In this document: piece after piece, positions 11,843 to 23,595 of the stretch
Layout: each line of letters begins with the position of its first letter
Numbering within the stretch: the first letter of the stretch is position 1
Assembly: GCF_004010195.1 (NCBI RefSeq)
Contig: NC_057711.1
Coordinates: 74,912,433 to 74,976,432, forward strand
Source: Chiloscyllium plagiosum
Taxonomy: Eukaryota
Direction of reading: 5' to 3'
Length of the DNA: 64,000 nt
The notes under the pieces: model-generated
What the model was told of the DNA's origin: nothing
Seen by the model: the letters and a program-made list of their open reading frames with translations, nothing else
Databases searched by the model: none
Position numbers and translations under genes: made by a program

Positions 11843-12930
11843 TGTCAGTTGTGGTTCAATTGGTAGCAGTTTGCTTTTGGGTTAGAAGGTTGTGTGCTCA
11901 CCTTCTACTCCAGCAGCGGAATTTCGGGGATGCGAGGCAGGTTTCTGGATACTTGACCCACCTCCAGGCAAAAAACTCACTCGAACATTCCCTGGGCCAC
12001 TCCTTTAAATGAAACAAAAAGAGAAATTGCTGGCAAAAATCAGCAGGTCTGGCAGTAACTGTGGGAAGAAAGCAGAGTTAGCATTTCAAATCTGGTTCTT
12101 CATGAGAACTTACCCTTTAATTGATTTGGAGACAGGGTTCCCAATCAAAAGACTTTCATCTTCTAAGTGGCATCTAACTGCAGTAAAAGTTAAGTAATTG
12201 AGGCAGCACTTCAATATGGAGGCCTGTCTCATCAACATTTTTAAAAATGTTGTTAAAAAAATATAGACAAACAACCAAACCAATGCTTTGGTATTGAGGG
12301 TGGGGAATCTCTCTCTATAGTGGCCTTTTTCTATACTGGGTCTTCACTTAGGAGGCAGAGATGGCCTATTGCCTGCTGGAATGCTGGCATTCCTTCCTGC
12401 CACTGAGTTCCCACCACTAGACAATTGAACTACCAACATTGCATTGAGGAATGAGACTTATTGGTAAATTCCAATGGAGTAAGCAAGCTTGTTCCAATTT
12501 GAACCCACCTCCTTGAAATGATTGGCCTGAGGAACATTTTCAGGAAACCAACATGTTGGCCAGCACCGATATCTTCAGACCCCTGTTCTCCATTTCTGAA
12601 CTCTGTCAGACATGACAACCCGTCCCAGGAGATAAGCACAAAAATCTAGGCTGGCAGGATAGTACAGAGGGAGTGCTATCTCTGCTAAAGTGATAAAACA
12701 GGGCCACATCTGCCTTCTCACCTAGACATTCAAGAATCCTTGGTAGTGGATTATTGAAAAGAAGGGGAGACATTCTTAATGTTCTCCTGATACTTAATCA
12801 CTATCACAAAGGCGAGTCATCTGCCCATTATCACATTGTTGCTATAGGCACATACTGTATGCAAATTGGCTGCAGTATTTCATATATTATGTTCAAAAGT
12901 ATTTGAGAAACACCAGGGATACGTAACAAT
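11843..12930 (+). mobile_element. DeuSINE (SacSINE1-like) split by an insertion of about 700 bp (about 11914-12625)
   Basis: tRNA-like head GTCAGTTGTGGTTCAATTGGTAGCA..AGAAGGTTGTG..TACTCCAG; resumes AGCACAAAAATCTAGGCTG..GAGGGAGTGCT..ATTATCACATTGTTG..GCAAATTGGCTGC. Confidence 0.65.
12010..12108 (-). mobile_element. Family D short repeat, degraded
   Basis: AAATTGCTGGCAAAAATCAGCAGGTCTGGCAG..AGAGTTAGCATTTC, homologous to 6450-6544. Confidence 0.6.
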
Positions 12931-13029
12931 CAGATTATAAGAAAAGGAGACTACACTTATGGTAAAGGGAGTAATCTTAAGATTAAGTAATTGGAAAGGA
13001 TAACAAGTAAGATTGAGTAAATTTAAATC

Positions 13030-13645
13030 ATGACAGGTAAGATCAGCTGAGTGGGGTGTGTGACCTGTCATATGTGAGAATTCATGGTTTCCACTGATAT
13101 CTAGGATGACCAGAGGTTTAGGAAGCGCTCCCAACTGGAGAAACTTGAACTCCATGTTTTGAAGCTGGAGTGGGGGGGAGTAGCTGGAGACACTGTGGCA
13201 CATCTGAGAGGCTAAAAGGTTTGCGGAAAGTACAGTTAGAAAGATGGCCAACCGCAGATCAAAGGGCGGGAGGAAAGAAGAGAGAGGGTAACAACTAGGC
13301 AGTCAAAGACAATCAGGCAGGAGTCCGCTGGAGTCCTGCTCATAAATTGGTTTACCATTTTGGAGGCTGATGAGGGTGTTGCTTCCTCAAGGCAGATACA
13401 ACTAGGTTTCTGACACCACAAGTGGCCTGAGTATACATACTAGCAGGAAGAAAAAAATCCAGGTGCAATAGTGGTAAGGGATTCATTAATTCGGGAAACA
13501 GGCAGGTATGTTTGTGGCTGCAGATGTGACTCCAGGATGGTGTAGTGTCTCCCTGGTGCCAGGATCAGGGATGTCTCTGAGCGGCTGTAGGTCATCTTGA
13601 AAGAGGAGAGGATAAGAAGATGTCATGATACACATTGGTACCACT
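13030..13645 (+). mobile_element. CR1 ORF1 (SGNH esterase-like) fragment
   Basis: IVVRDSLIRETGRYVCGCRCDSRMV*CLPGARIRDVSERL..VMIHIGT. Confidence 0.8.
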
Positions 13646-16600
13646 GGATAAAGAGTTAATGGCCTAATATTCAGTGTATGTATAGTATATACAGGTGAAA
13701 AACACCTGCTGAACCTATTTTTAGGCTGTTACTGTTCTGGAAATGCTTAGTGAAGGCAGAAGAAATTAATTACCTTTGACTCTTATGTGAATGCAAAATA
13801 CCCTGCTAAGTGCAATGCTTCCTCAACATCTGTACAATTTAAAAGCATTCAGTCTAAACTGTATTATAAGTTTGTGTTCATATTTTCATATATTATTTTT
13901 AGAGGAGAGTTTATAAACCTGCTTAGGATATCTTTCTTGTCCTCTGGAAGTTTTTTTTTCTGTTAGCAGCCAGTATCATTCTGGATGTTGACAATGAGTG
14001 TACTCCATATTATTGATTACAGTCTGCATGTTTTTCAAGGACAATATTGAGTCTGTCAAGTTTCATGAAGTCAAAATCCCGAGTGAATTATTTCGATAAC
14101 TCCTAAAATCTTCTGTAACTTGTCATTTCCCCTGCCAACTTTGTGGAATATCAAGAGTTTTGTACAAAAAACTTAGCTTCTAATAACCATGCAAATATTC
14201 ATATTTATCAATTGTAATGTAATCAATGATAATTGAATAATGTAAAGTAAACATTTGATATATTGAACTACAATGATTATAAATTGTAATTTCATTTAGG
14301 AAAATGAAATTATGGTCAATTATTTCACATCAATGTGATAAGCACCATTCACCTTAACAAGAAAATTAGCTTACTAGAAATTATTCTCTCCATATGAAGT
14401 TATGCATTTGTGTGGCATTTGATAAAATAAGTTTCAGTATCACACAAATAACATCACCCCTACCCCAGCAATAATATATCCAAGTGATAATCTCAATTAT
14501 TAAAACTGTTCCCACAAGAAATTGAAAACAAAGATGGAATTAATAATCTGATCATAGATTTTAAGATGTATTTGTGTATATTTTAATAAATAGTGTGCTC
14601 TAGAACATGTTTTGTGGCAGAAGTACATCTTAGGCTTAGGATTATGTTGGTAAAATTCTTGAAATTGCTTTCATAAATACTAAATATTTTCAACCCTTCA
14701 ATGCTGTCTCCTTTGTAGACTGCACTCTGTGTTAAATAATATATCTTATGAATTGAAAGAGCTGCAGCTACATCACCATCAACATCCAATCACTAGAAAA
14801 TTTCTACCCAAATGATCTGTTCAGTATTTTTAATCAAAAAGAAAGCTGTTGAGAAATCATGTGACATTTCATCTTGGGTACCTTTCCTGATCTCAACTTA
14901 ATCGTACTGAAGGAACATTCCAGCACTGATTACACATTATCAGTGTTAAATGAATATTGCACTCCTCATGTGTCACCCAGGAGATGGAGACAATGGCCAA
15001 TGTCGATGCCACATTGTACTGGTCTATCAATGATAAGCTATGTATCCTGTGCTTCTGTGGTGCTGATTCTCAAACTCTGTCAGCCCTCTGGTGAATGTTG
15101 GAGGTCAGCCATTTCCATGCATCTCCTAACAATGATTATAAATTGTAATTTAAACAGTTAAAAATAATAAAATAAATACAAACTAACTGTGAATTATGTC
15201 AATGACTGATTTGTAGTCAAGAAAGCACAGTTCCTTCAAGATTTTCTCATACATCAGAGACACATTTTAATGTCTTACTTAAGCTAAAGTTCAATTGAGA
15301 AGAAACAAAAGTATTGAGTCAGATAGGCATACATTTTCTGAATCTGACAACTCATTACACAATTGTAACAATGAAATTTCACATGGTAAAATCGGTACTT
15401 AAAATTGGTTATTATTCAGTTTTAGGAAATTGTCAACACTGTAAAACATGAACTATTTGATTCTTTGAAGAGCTGTCCACATGATAGATTATTCAGTAGC
15501 ATTTCACTGAAATTACAGCTGCTAACCTCAGATACTTTCTTATATTTTTTACTAATTTTGTACATCTTAATTCACAATTGATTTGATTGCATATGACTAT
15601 TGATGTAAGCAGCAGAATAAACTAAAATATTTGGTTTATTAAGTTTTTAAATAAAACATTTTGTTTGGATGTTAATAATTAACCATTCTTTTATTATAAA
15701 TACAAAACAGGTCAACTTTACTCTGTACACTGCTGCTTCCACTTCCTTTTGTGAAGAAACACAATAATGAAAAAGTATAAATGCATCCATACCATACAGA
15801 ACATTCCTGAATGTAACTTATTTGCTAATTAAGCATATTCTGTGGTATCAAAAGCTTTACTAATTATGGCAGTATTAGGAGGCACCATCTTTGTTTGCTT
15901 ATTTATGCATTCATAAATTGCAGCATTTTACTAAGCAATGCAAGGAACTTTATCATAAGTCTATCTTATATAAATGAAAATTTAGTCGTTAATAAATGCT
16001 TTAATTGTAATAAAATATATCGAGTATTACTTCTCACCAAAGCAAAAAAAGGTTATCACACTGCAGTCAGTCATATATAATTTGCGTGATTTCCAAATGT
16101 CTACATGTGTGCAAGCATTTTTAATTATTTTACATTTATTCTTTGCTATTTTCTGCATTCACTGCTCTAAATAAAAGGTTAGGCCTGAGAGTTCTTTAAC
16201 TGTTCTGGATTTACTGATCTGACAAAGGTTAGTTTTTATTTTATTTTCCAGCTTACTGACTGCATTTAGGAAGCTGGATCTCCGCAGACGTGCAAATAAT
16301 GTGATGACCATGTTCCTGTCACAGCAATTGAATCATCAAATAACTCTCAGCAGGCCAATGCACATGAGTCCCAGCCCATTTGCTTCCTTCTAAACTGTTT
16401 AATTATCAATTCGACAGTGTATCAGTTAAGTCAAACATTGATATTCAGAAGGCAGTTGTAAATTATGGTAATAAAAATTCCCTGAGAAGATAAACCTGAC
16501 AAACTATATATTTTATCAACAAGCTGCAGTATTAATACCATCCATTGAAATACAGGAAATTGAAATGTCTTCATTTCTCTGGTCCCTGGGACTCAGTGAG

Positions 16601-17452
16601 GTGTTGGCATACTGCTTGATAGGCATTATCATTGATAACACCAATTTCATTGTATTACGCTAGAATACTGACTAAATTATGGAAAATTATAGCTGCAAAT
16701 AGAAATGTTTTGATGTACTGGAAACAAAAGTAGATGTATTTGTTGCTCTTGCTGTATGTTATTGATTTGAATTCAAATATGCACAACCACTTTTGCATTA
16801 GTTGGAATTTATTATAAATTTGTATATAAATATTACAAAAAGACATCAATGTTTATCAAACAGTGTAACTAATTTTGAAATAGAATTTCTTTTCATGAAG
16901 TGTTGTTTATTGTATTCTCTTCATTCACCTCTTTATGACTAAAGGAAAATCAAAATGGTGAGTGTATGACAGACTGAAGGATAGTCAATTTTACGAACCT
17001 GCAATGCTTCATCTCTAATGCAGGCTTAGATTATATCCTATTATATGAGTAAAACTGAAGTTCAGCCCCTTACAGATAATAAGCAAAATACCTTTTTAAA
17101 CCCCATCTGTAAAAACAGAGCAAAGGAGGAGACATGTCAGCTTCACTCAGCATTCTTTACTGGCTACTGCAATATAAGTAGCAAGTGCAGAAAAAAAATT
17201 ATGTTTAAACATTTCTGTAGAACTGGGAACAGGAAGATAGCTTTGCATTCCACAGTATTCTCAATTGCGCAAAACCCTCCTCCCACACATCCAAATTCCT
17301 CTCTGCACACTTTCTAGAAGTGGTTATTGATGGGGAAAGTAGTCCAAATTGGTCTTCTACAAATGTGTGAGCTGTCGCAAGGTTTGTGAAGGTTTGTAGC
17401 TCAGGTTGAGGTTTAGGGTGTAGGTTTGCTCGCTGAGCTGTAGGTTTGATAT

Positions 17453-17492
17453 CCAGACGTTTCATTACCTGGCTAGGTAACATCATCAGTGG
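17453..17492 (-). ncRNA. Minimal type-I hammerhead ribozyme, intact core
   Basis: CCA-CTGATGA-T-GTTACCT AGCC AGGTAAT-GAAACGTC-TGG: helix I CCA/TGG, 7-bp helix II, palindromic ACGT helix III, GUC cleavage triplet. Confidence 0.85.
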
Positions 17493-17622
17493 CGACCTCC
17501 AAGTGAAGTGAAGCTGTTGTCTCCTGCTTTCTATTTATATCTTTATTTATTTATCTATTTATATCTATTTATAGATATAAATAGAAAGCAGGAGACAACA
17601 GCTTCGCTTCACTTGGAGGTCG

Positions 17623-17662
17623 CCACTGATGATGTTACCTAGCCAGGTAATGAAACGCCTTG
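17623..17662 (+). ncRNA. Hammerhead motif, mutated copy
   Basis: Same as the left arm but GAAACGCC-TTG (conserved U of the cleavage triplet lost, helix I mismatch). Confidence 0.65.
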
Positions 17663-18159
17663 ATATCAAACCTACAGCTCAGCGAGCAAACCTACACCCC
17701 ATGTGAGCTGTGTCTGTAGCAGTGATAAGCTTTGGTATTTGCTCCATTTAATGGTAATGACCTATTTGAAAGGACAACATCTTTCCAAAAACAATATCAC
17801 TAATGAATAAGATTCTTACTCTGTCTCCAGTACTTCTAATGAGGATTGAGTTTCATGCTTTATCGGCTATGTGCAAGGTACATCAAATTGTCTGGAGGCT
17901 TTCTCTTTGTGAGACCTGATAGATTTTCTTGCCGTATCTTACCACAGTTGTTATGTTAAGAACCTAACCGGAGGCATCCTCCATGTCCGATTCAAAGCCT
18001 ATCATCACATGCTGTGCCCTAAACAATTCACTACTCAATGTTTATGAGCCAAAAGACCAGCAACCTGGCACCATTCCCAGATTTAAAAGGCCTCTGTGCA
18101 ACCAGACAAATACTAACATTCCAAAGCAACCTTGCTCATGGATAGAGAAGGTTTTGAAT

Positions 18160-18350
18160 ATGTTGAGTAAGGGAAGATGGCGCTGTGATTCTGTAACAGT
18201 GACATGGAGATTCTAGAGGACAGGGTGGTGCAAAGGATGAGCATCCATTTCCTGGAGGACCAGCTGAGGAGGCTATGCCACTAGACCTTGAGCCTGGTGT
18301 CATGTTGCCACCCAAGTCAATGTAGTCTACCAGGGTAAATAGCACATTTT
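18160..18350 (+). pseudogene. Harbinger-type Myb/SANT-like DNA-binding ORF relic
   Basis: MAL*FCNSDMEILEDRVVQRMSIHFLEDQLRRLCH*TL/AWCHVATQVNVV aligns by eye with the 55365-55128 relic. Confidence 0.65.
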
Positions 18351-18787
18351 TCTCTCTGCTACCTCACACTCACTCTATCTTTGCTACTGCACCCATCTCC
18401 CATCAAGATTCATGTTCTGCTACTCTCACTATTGCCTGCAACATTTTTGCTTGCTCACTCTCATTAACCCCCAACTCCCCAGACCAGTAACCAGTGTATG
18501 TTCTCTGTGCAACCAACTCACTTGCTCTGAACTGCTCACCACATTTCCCCCACTTGCAACCCCAGTAACAGTTGTTCCATTCACTTGCGAGCCTTTCCTT
18601 TCTCACAAGACGAGAGGAAACAACCCACAATTGGGTAGAAAGGAGTGGACAGTGGTGGGGTCTCTAAAATTAGAATCTTCCCTAGGAGGAGAGAATCCTG
18701 TCTCTCACGGGGTAGACAGGGACTGCTCCTGCAGGAATGCCAAAACACTAATGTCCTGTCAAACGAGTAAATGCCATTCTTTATTCT

Positions 18788-19094
18788 GGCACGGTGGCTC
18801 AGTGGTTAACACTGCTGCCTCACAGCACCAGGGTCCCAGCCTTGGAGGACTGTCTGTGTGGCGTTTGCACATTCTCCCCGTGTATGTGTGGGTTTCCTCC
18901 GGGTACTCCGGTTTCCTCCCACAGTCCAAAGATATGCAGGTCAGGTGAATTGGCCATGCTAAATTGCCCATAGTGTTATGTACATTAGTCAGAGGGAAAT
19001 GGGTCTGGGTAGGTTACTCTTCGGAGGGTCGGTATGGACTTGTTGGGCCGAAGGGCCTATTTCCACACTGTAGGGAATCTAATCTAATCTAATC
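18788..19094 (+). mobile_element. HE1-type V-SINE
   Basis: GGCACGGTGGCTCAGTGGTTAACACTGCTGCCTCACAGC..V-domain..GGGCCGAAGGGCCTATTTCCAC, (AATCT)n tail. Confidence 0.92.
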
Positions 19095-19878
19095 ATTGCA
19101 ATTCTCACTGTAATCTCACTGTCAGTGTCATGCATTTCATGCCTCTTCTGAACACTGGCTACAATGCATTCTCTCTCTTTAATATTGCAGGCACAAGCAG
19201 GATGCCACCACCTTGGCAGGGAAACAGACTGTTCCACCTGAAGCTACGTACTCAACCTCAGAACAAGAGAGTATGAAGGCCTCAGAGGAGGCACAGACAC
19301 CTCAGCAGGAATATTAGCCTAAAATGGTTTTGGAGCATGAGCTGTTGAAGACGTCATTGCATCAAATCTACACCTGGCTGAGGAAGAATTGTCCCAGGCC
19401 ACTGGCACTCAAAGGATAACTGGAGACTAACCCCAAGCAGGAGTGGACTCTGTGTGAAGTAATTGAGGAATTTATTCACAGGCACAAGGAGGAATAGGAG
19501 CAGTAGACAGGCTGCAATGGCCCTCTTAGCCCAGAGACTGCTGGAGTGCAGCTATGCATGAGTCTGACTATCTGCTTCCATGGATAAGCTGCAGGCTTCC
19601 ATAGAGAGTCAGGTTCAGCAGGATGTTTAAGTAATCAGCCTTAAGATGGGGCCTGATCCAATCTGTGACCCTGTTCCTTTGCAGTAGCCTTTAGATGCTA
19701 TTTGCCAGTGCATCCTACAATACAGAACTCTTCCAGAACACTTTGCCAGTGTGTCAGAAAGATGCCATAATGGTTAGGAGGGATCAGCAACTATCGGATG
19801 TCAATATCTGTGGAAAAGGAGAGCATGCTGATGGCAGCCATGGGTCATTCTCTGAGATGTTGAGCAAAATTGAACCTC

Positions 19879-20007
19879 GGAGAAAGTGAGGACTACAGAT
19901 GCTGGAGATCAGAGTTGAAAATGTGTTGCTGGAAAAGCGCAGCAGGTCAGGCAGCATCCAAGGAGCAGGAGAATCGACGTTTCGGGCATAAGCCCTTCTT
20001 CAGGAAT
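19879..20007 (-). mobile_element. Solo family A hammerhead element, 129 bp, 12-bp TSD
   Basis: TSD AAATTGAACCTC at 19867-19878 and 20008-20019. Confidence 0.92.
19972..20007 (-). ncRNA. Minimal hammerhead ribozyme, intact core
   Basis: ATTC-CTGAAGA-A-GGGC TTAT GCCC-GAAACGTC-GATT. Confidence 0.85.
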
Positions 20008-20709
20008 AAATTGAACCTCCTCAAGGTCAGTAGAGAACTGAAGTCATCAAGTCCCTACCTTCACATCAGAGAATTATCAATGTCTAGCTTGTTCAATGTG
20101 CTTGGTAAGATAGGAAGTTGCATATTAATGAGATAAGTAGTGGCATTAATAAGGTGTTTAACAAGATAGAATCCCCTTAATTGGTAACTCACTGCTGCTG
20201 AGTGAGAAATGAACTGTGAGTTTGGAGTTCTGAACATTTTTGAAACAGAGATTTTTCCCTCCGTCAAAACATGTCTCAGTTGAGTCAATTGGTTAAAGAG
20301 CATTGCTCGTCCAAAGTTTGCATATCTTCTCCAAGCTTCTTATTTTCAGCCTACAAAGCTTGACTGCATCATTTGACAGCCAGCAGCTGAACTTTCATTT
20401 CAGAGGTGTCATTGAAGTAGTAAGAATATGCCAATTGTGTTGAGTTCTTAGCTGTTCAAACATGTTCCTGAATTCAACTTTAAACTTCATAATGCTATGT
20501 CTCCAATTAACTTATAGTCTGATATTCTAGGCTCCATTTGAAAGAAAAGCTTTCTAATGCTCCTGATCATTTCTAATCATTTCTCTTACAGCTTCCTGCT
20601 ATCATCAATAGAAATCAACTATTCCTGCACAGTTTGAACAATTTCAGAATATTTACATGATCCACTTTCAACTTAAGAAACTCTTTGTGACTGAATGATT
20701 TCTTATTCA

Positions 20710-20961
20710 TATAAAGGAAGTAGGAGTATACTTAAGAGGGAAATCAGGAGGGCAAAAAGGGGACATGAGATAGCTTTGGCAAATAGAATTAAGGAGAATC
20801 CAAAGAGTTTTTACAAATACCTTAAGGACAAAAGGGTAACTAGGGAGAGAATAGGACCCCTCAAAGATCAGCAAGGCGGCCTTTGTGTGGAGCTGCAGAA
20901 AATGGGGAGATACTAAATGAGTATTTTGCATCAGTATTTACTGTGGAAAAGGATATGGAAG
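20710..20961 (+). mobile_element. Young CR1 ORF2 fragment running into the gap
   Basis: LKREIRRAKRGHEIALANRIKENPKSFYKYLKDKRVTRERIGPLKD..GEILNEYFASVFTVEKD. Confidence 0.9.
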
Positions 20962-21905
20962 NNNNNNNNNNNNNNNNNNNNNNNNNNNNNNNNNNNNNNN
21001 NNNNNNNNNNNNNNNNNNNNNNNNNNNNNNNNNNNNNNNNNNNNNNNNNNNNNNNNNNNNNNNNNNNNNNNNNNNNNNNNNNNNNNNNNNNNNNNNNNNN
21101 NNNNNNNNNNNNNNNNNNNNNNNNNNNNNNNNNNNNNNNNNNNNNNNNNNNNNNNNNNNNNNNNNNNNNNNNNNNNNNNNNNNNNNNNNNNNNNNNNNNN
21201 NNNNNNNNNNNNNNNNNNNNNNNNNNNNNNNNNNNNNNNNNNNNNNNNNNNNNNNNNNNNNNNNNNNNNNNNNNNNNNNNNNNNNNNNNNNNNNNNNNNN
21301 NNNNNNNNNNNNNNNNNNNNNNNNNNNNNNNNNNNNNNNNNNNNNNNNNNNNNNNNNNNNNNNNNNNNNNNNNNNNNNNNNNNNNNNNNNNNNNNNNNNN
21401 NNNNNNNNNNNNNNNNNNNNNNNNNNNNNNNNNNNNNNNNNNNNNNNNNNNNNNNNNNNNNNNNNNNNNNNNNNNNNNNNNNNNNNNNNNNNNNNNNNNN
21501 NNNNNNNNNNNNNNNNNNNNNNNNNNNNNNNNNNNNNNNNNNNNNNNNNNNNNNNNNNNNNNNNNNNNNNNNNNNNNNNNNNNNNNNNNNNNNNNNNNNN
21601 NNNNNNNNNNNNNNNNNNNNNNNNNNNNNNNNNNNNNNNNNNNNNNNNNNNNNNNNNNNNNNNNNNNNNNNNNNNNNNNNNNNNNNNNNNNNNNNNNNNN
21701 NNNNNNNNNNNNNNNNNNNNNNNNNNNNNNNNNNNNNNNNNNNNNNNNNNNNNNNNNNNNNNNNNNNNNNNNNNNNNNNNNNNNNNNNNNNNNNNNNNNN
21801 NNNNNNNNNNNNNNNNNNNNNNNNNNNNNNNNNNNNNNNNNNNNNNNNNNNNNNNNNNNNNNNNNNNNNNNNNNNNNNNNNNNNNNNNNNNNNNNNNNNN
21901 NNNNN
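20962..21905. other. Assembly gap
   Basis: Run of N. Confidence 1.
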
Positions 21906-22413
21906 CATATATTTTGTGGGGTGAATTTGTACTTGCAGAGTTACATTGTACTTTGCCCAAAAACTGCATGAATTCATGTAAAACTTTGTTATCTCACTTT
22001 TTAGAATAGAATCAATCTATACATCATGGCATAAACAGAGAACACAGGGGGCTAACACCTTCAACATATTGTCTAGCTAACATCAATTGTTACAGTTAAC
22101 CTGAGAATGCAACTTTTATAAAAAGGTTTTGTGATTTACACATGAAAGAAGTGAAACTATCATGGTATTCGAACAGATGAAAGACTCAACAGACAATCAA
22201 GGTATTTTTTAATGTATAATTTCAGTTACATCACACTGTGTAAATTTTTGCTATAAATTCTGTGCCTTACAATTGTGTCCTCCACAACCACCTGATGAAG
22301 GAACAGCGCTCCGAAAGCTAGTGCTTCCAATTAAACCTGTTGGACTATAACCTGGTGTTGTGTGATTTTTAACTTTGTACACCCCAGTCCAACACCGGCA
22401 CCTCCAAATCATG
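21906..22413 (+). mobile_element. Hammerhead-bearing repeat, family B (probable PLE 3' end; left limit uncertain)
   Basis: 22285-22413 is homologous to both arms at 62311-62525 (CTGTTGGACTATAACCTGGTG..CCCCAGTCCAACACC..CACCTCCAAATCAT). Confidence 0.7.
22289..22323 (+). ncRNA. Minimal hammerhead ribozyme, family B
   Basis: CAC-CTGATGA-A-GGAAC AGC GCTCC-GAAAGCTA-GTG: helix I CAC/GTG, palindromic AGCT helix III, one helix II mismatch. Confidence 0.8.
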
Positions 22414-22735
22414 ACTCTATTAGCTCCTTGAAGCATTTGTCCTTCTTATTGGTGAGCTTTTGCTGAAGGTTGAAGCTTTTCTCAAACCAGGTTAAATTCA
22501 CAGTGATGTTCTCTGTGGCTGATTGTAAAGATTTGTCACATACAATTGGATCATTGGAGTTGTGTCACTATCCAGCTTGCCTGAAGTGTCTGCCTCCTGA
22601 CATGTTTTGAAACTTTGGAATCTTTCCCTTGTATTATTAAAGATGTGTTTCTAACTCTGTAATTCTTGATATTTCAGATTCTGTGGTCACTTTTTGGTTG
22701 TAGAAATTTCTAAAATTTTGTTTGCTTTCATTTGT

Positions 22736-23063
22736 GGTAGCACGGTGACTCAGTGATTATCACTGCTGCCTCACAGCACCAGGGACTCGGGTTCAATTCC
22801 AGCCTTGGGAGACTGTCTGTGTACAATTTATACATTCTCCCCATGTTTGTGTGGATTTGCTCTGGTTTCCTCCCACAGTCCAAAGATGTGCAGGTTGGGT
22901 GAATTGCCAATGCTAAATTGCCCATAGTGTCCGGGAATGTGTAGGTTAGGTGGATTAGTCATGGGAAATGCAGGAATACAGGGGTGGGGTGACTCTGAGT
23001 AGGATGGTCTTCAGAGGGTAGGTATGGACCAAGAGGCCTCTTTCCACATTGTAGGGATTCTAT
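22736..23063 (+). mobile_element. HE1-type V-SINE
   Basis: tRNA head, V-domain, TTTCCACATTGTAGGGATTCTATG tail. Confidence 0.88.
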
Positions 23064-23407
23064 GATACTGATTAAAATAACACACAGTTGCCTTATTGCT
23101 TCTCAACAGTGATCTGACTGCCTACTCCATGAGGAATTTCTTCATTTAATTGTGCCTGCAGTTGCTTCGCTGCATCTTTTAGGCACGTTAATTGCAATAG
23201 GTTGACAACTTTACTGGGCTGCACTACCCTCATGGGCTGCCATCACTGACCTCACTTCAAGCTTTTACCTCCTACCTATAGTTTTGTCACCATTACACCT
23301 ATATACAGAGGATGGTAAGAGATAGTTTCCTACATGGAGCCACACAGGCCAAAGTTCAATTTCCACTGGACCTGACATCTCTATGACTTAGCTTTTATTG
23401 AACATGT

Positions 23408-23577
23408 CAAGGTTAGATTGATGCTGGAAAAGCACAGCAGGTCAGGCAGCATCCGAGAAGCAGGAAAATCAACTTTTCAGGCAAAAGCCCTTCATCAGGG
23501 ATGCTGCCTGACCTGCTGTGCTTTTCCAGCACCACTCTAATCTTGACTCTAATCTCCAGCACTTCTGCCTAGTCCTT
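23408..23577. mobile_element. Inverted pair of family A segments, 10-bp TSD
   Basis: Minus copy to about 23499 (core GAAAAGTT, mutated) fused to a plus partial copy; TTGAACATGT at 23398-23407 and 23578-23587. Confidence 0.85.
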
Positions 23578-23595
23578 TTGAACATGTTGAGTAGC

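Larger units (their letters stand above)
17376..17701. mobile_element. Fold-back element with two hammerhead motifs, family C, 10-bp TSD
   Basis: Near-perfect 127-bp inverted arms 17416-17542 / 17573-17699, 30-bp AT-rich spacer; TGTGAGCTGT at 17366-17375 and 17702-17711. Confidence 0.9.

Noticed and set aside
17416..17699. miRNA precursor or classical MITE
   Set aside because: The arms contain hammerhead cores, the insert is asymmetric (about 40 extra bp on the left) and the TSD is 10 bp. This fits the PLE-type inverted pairs elsewhere in the window better.
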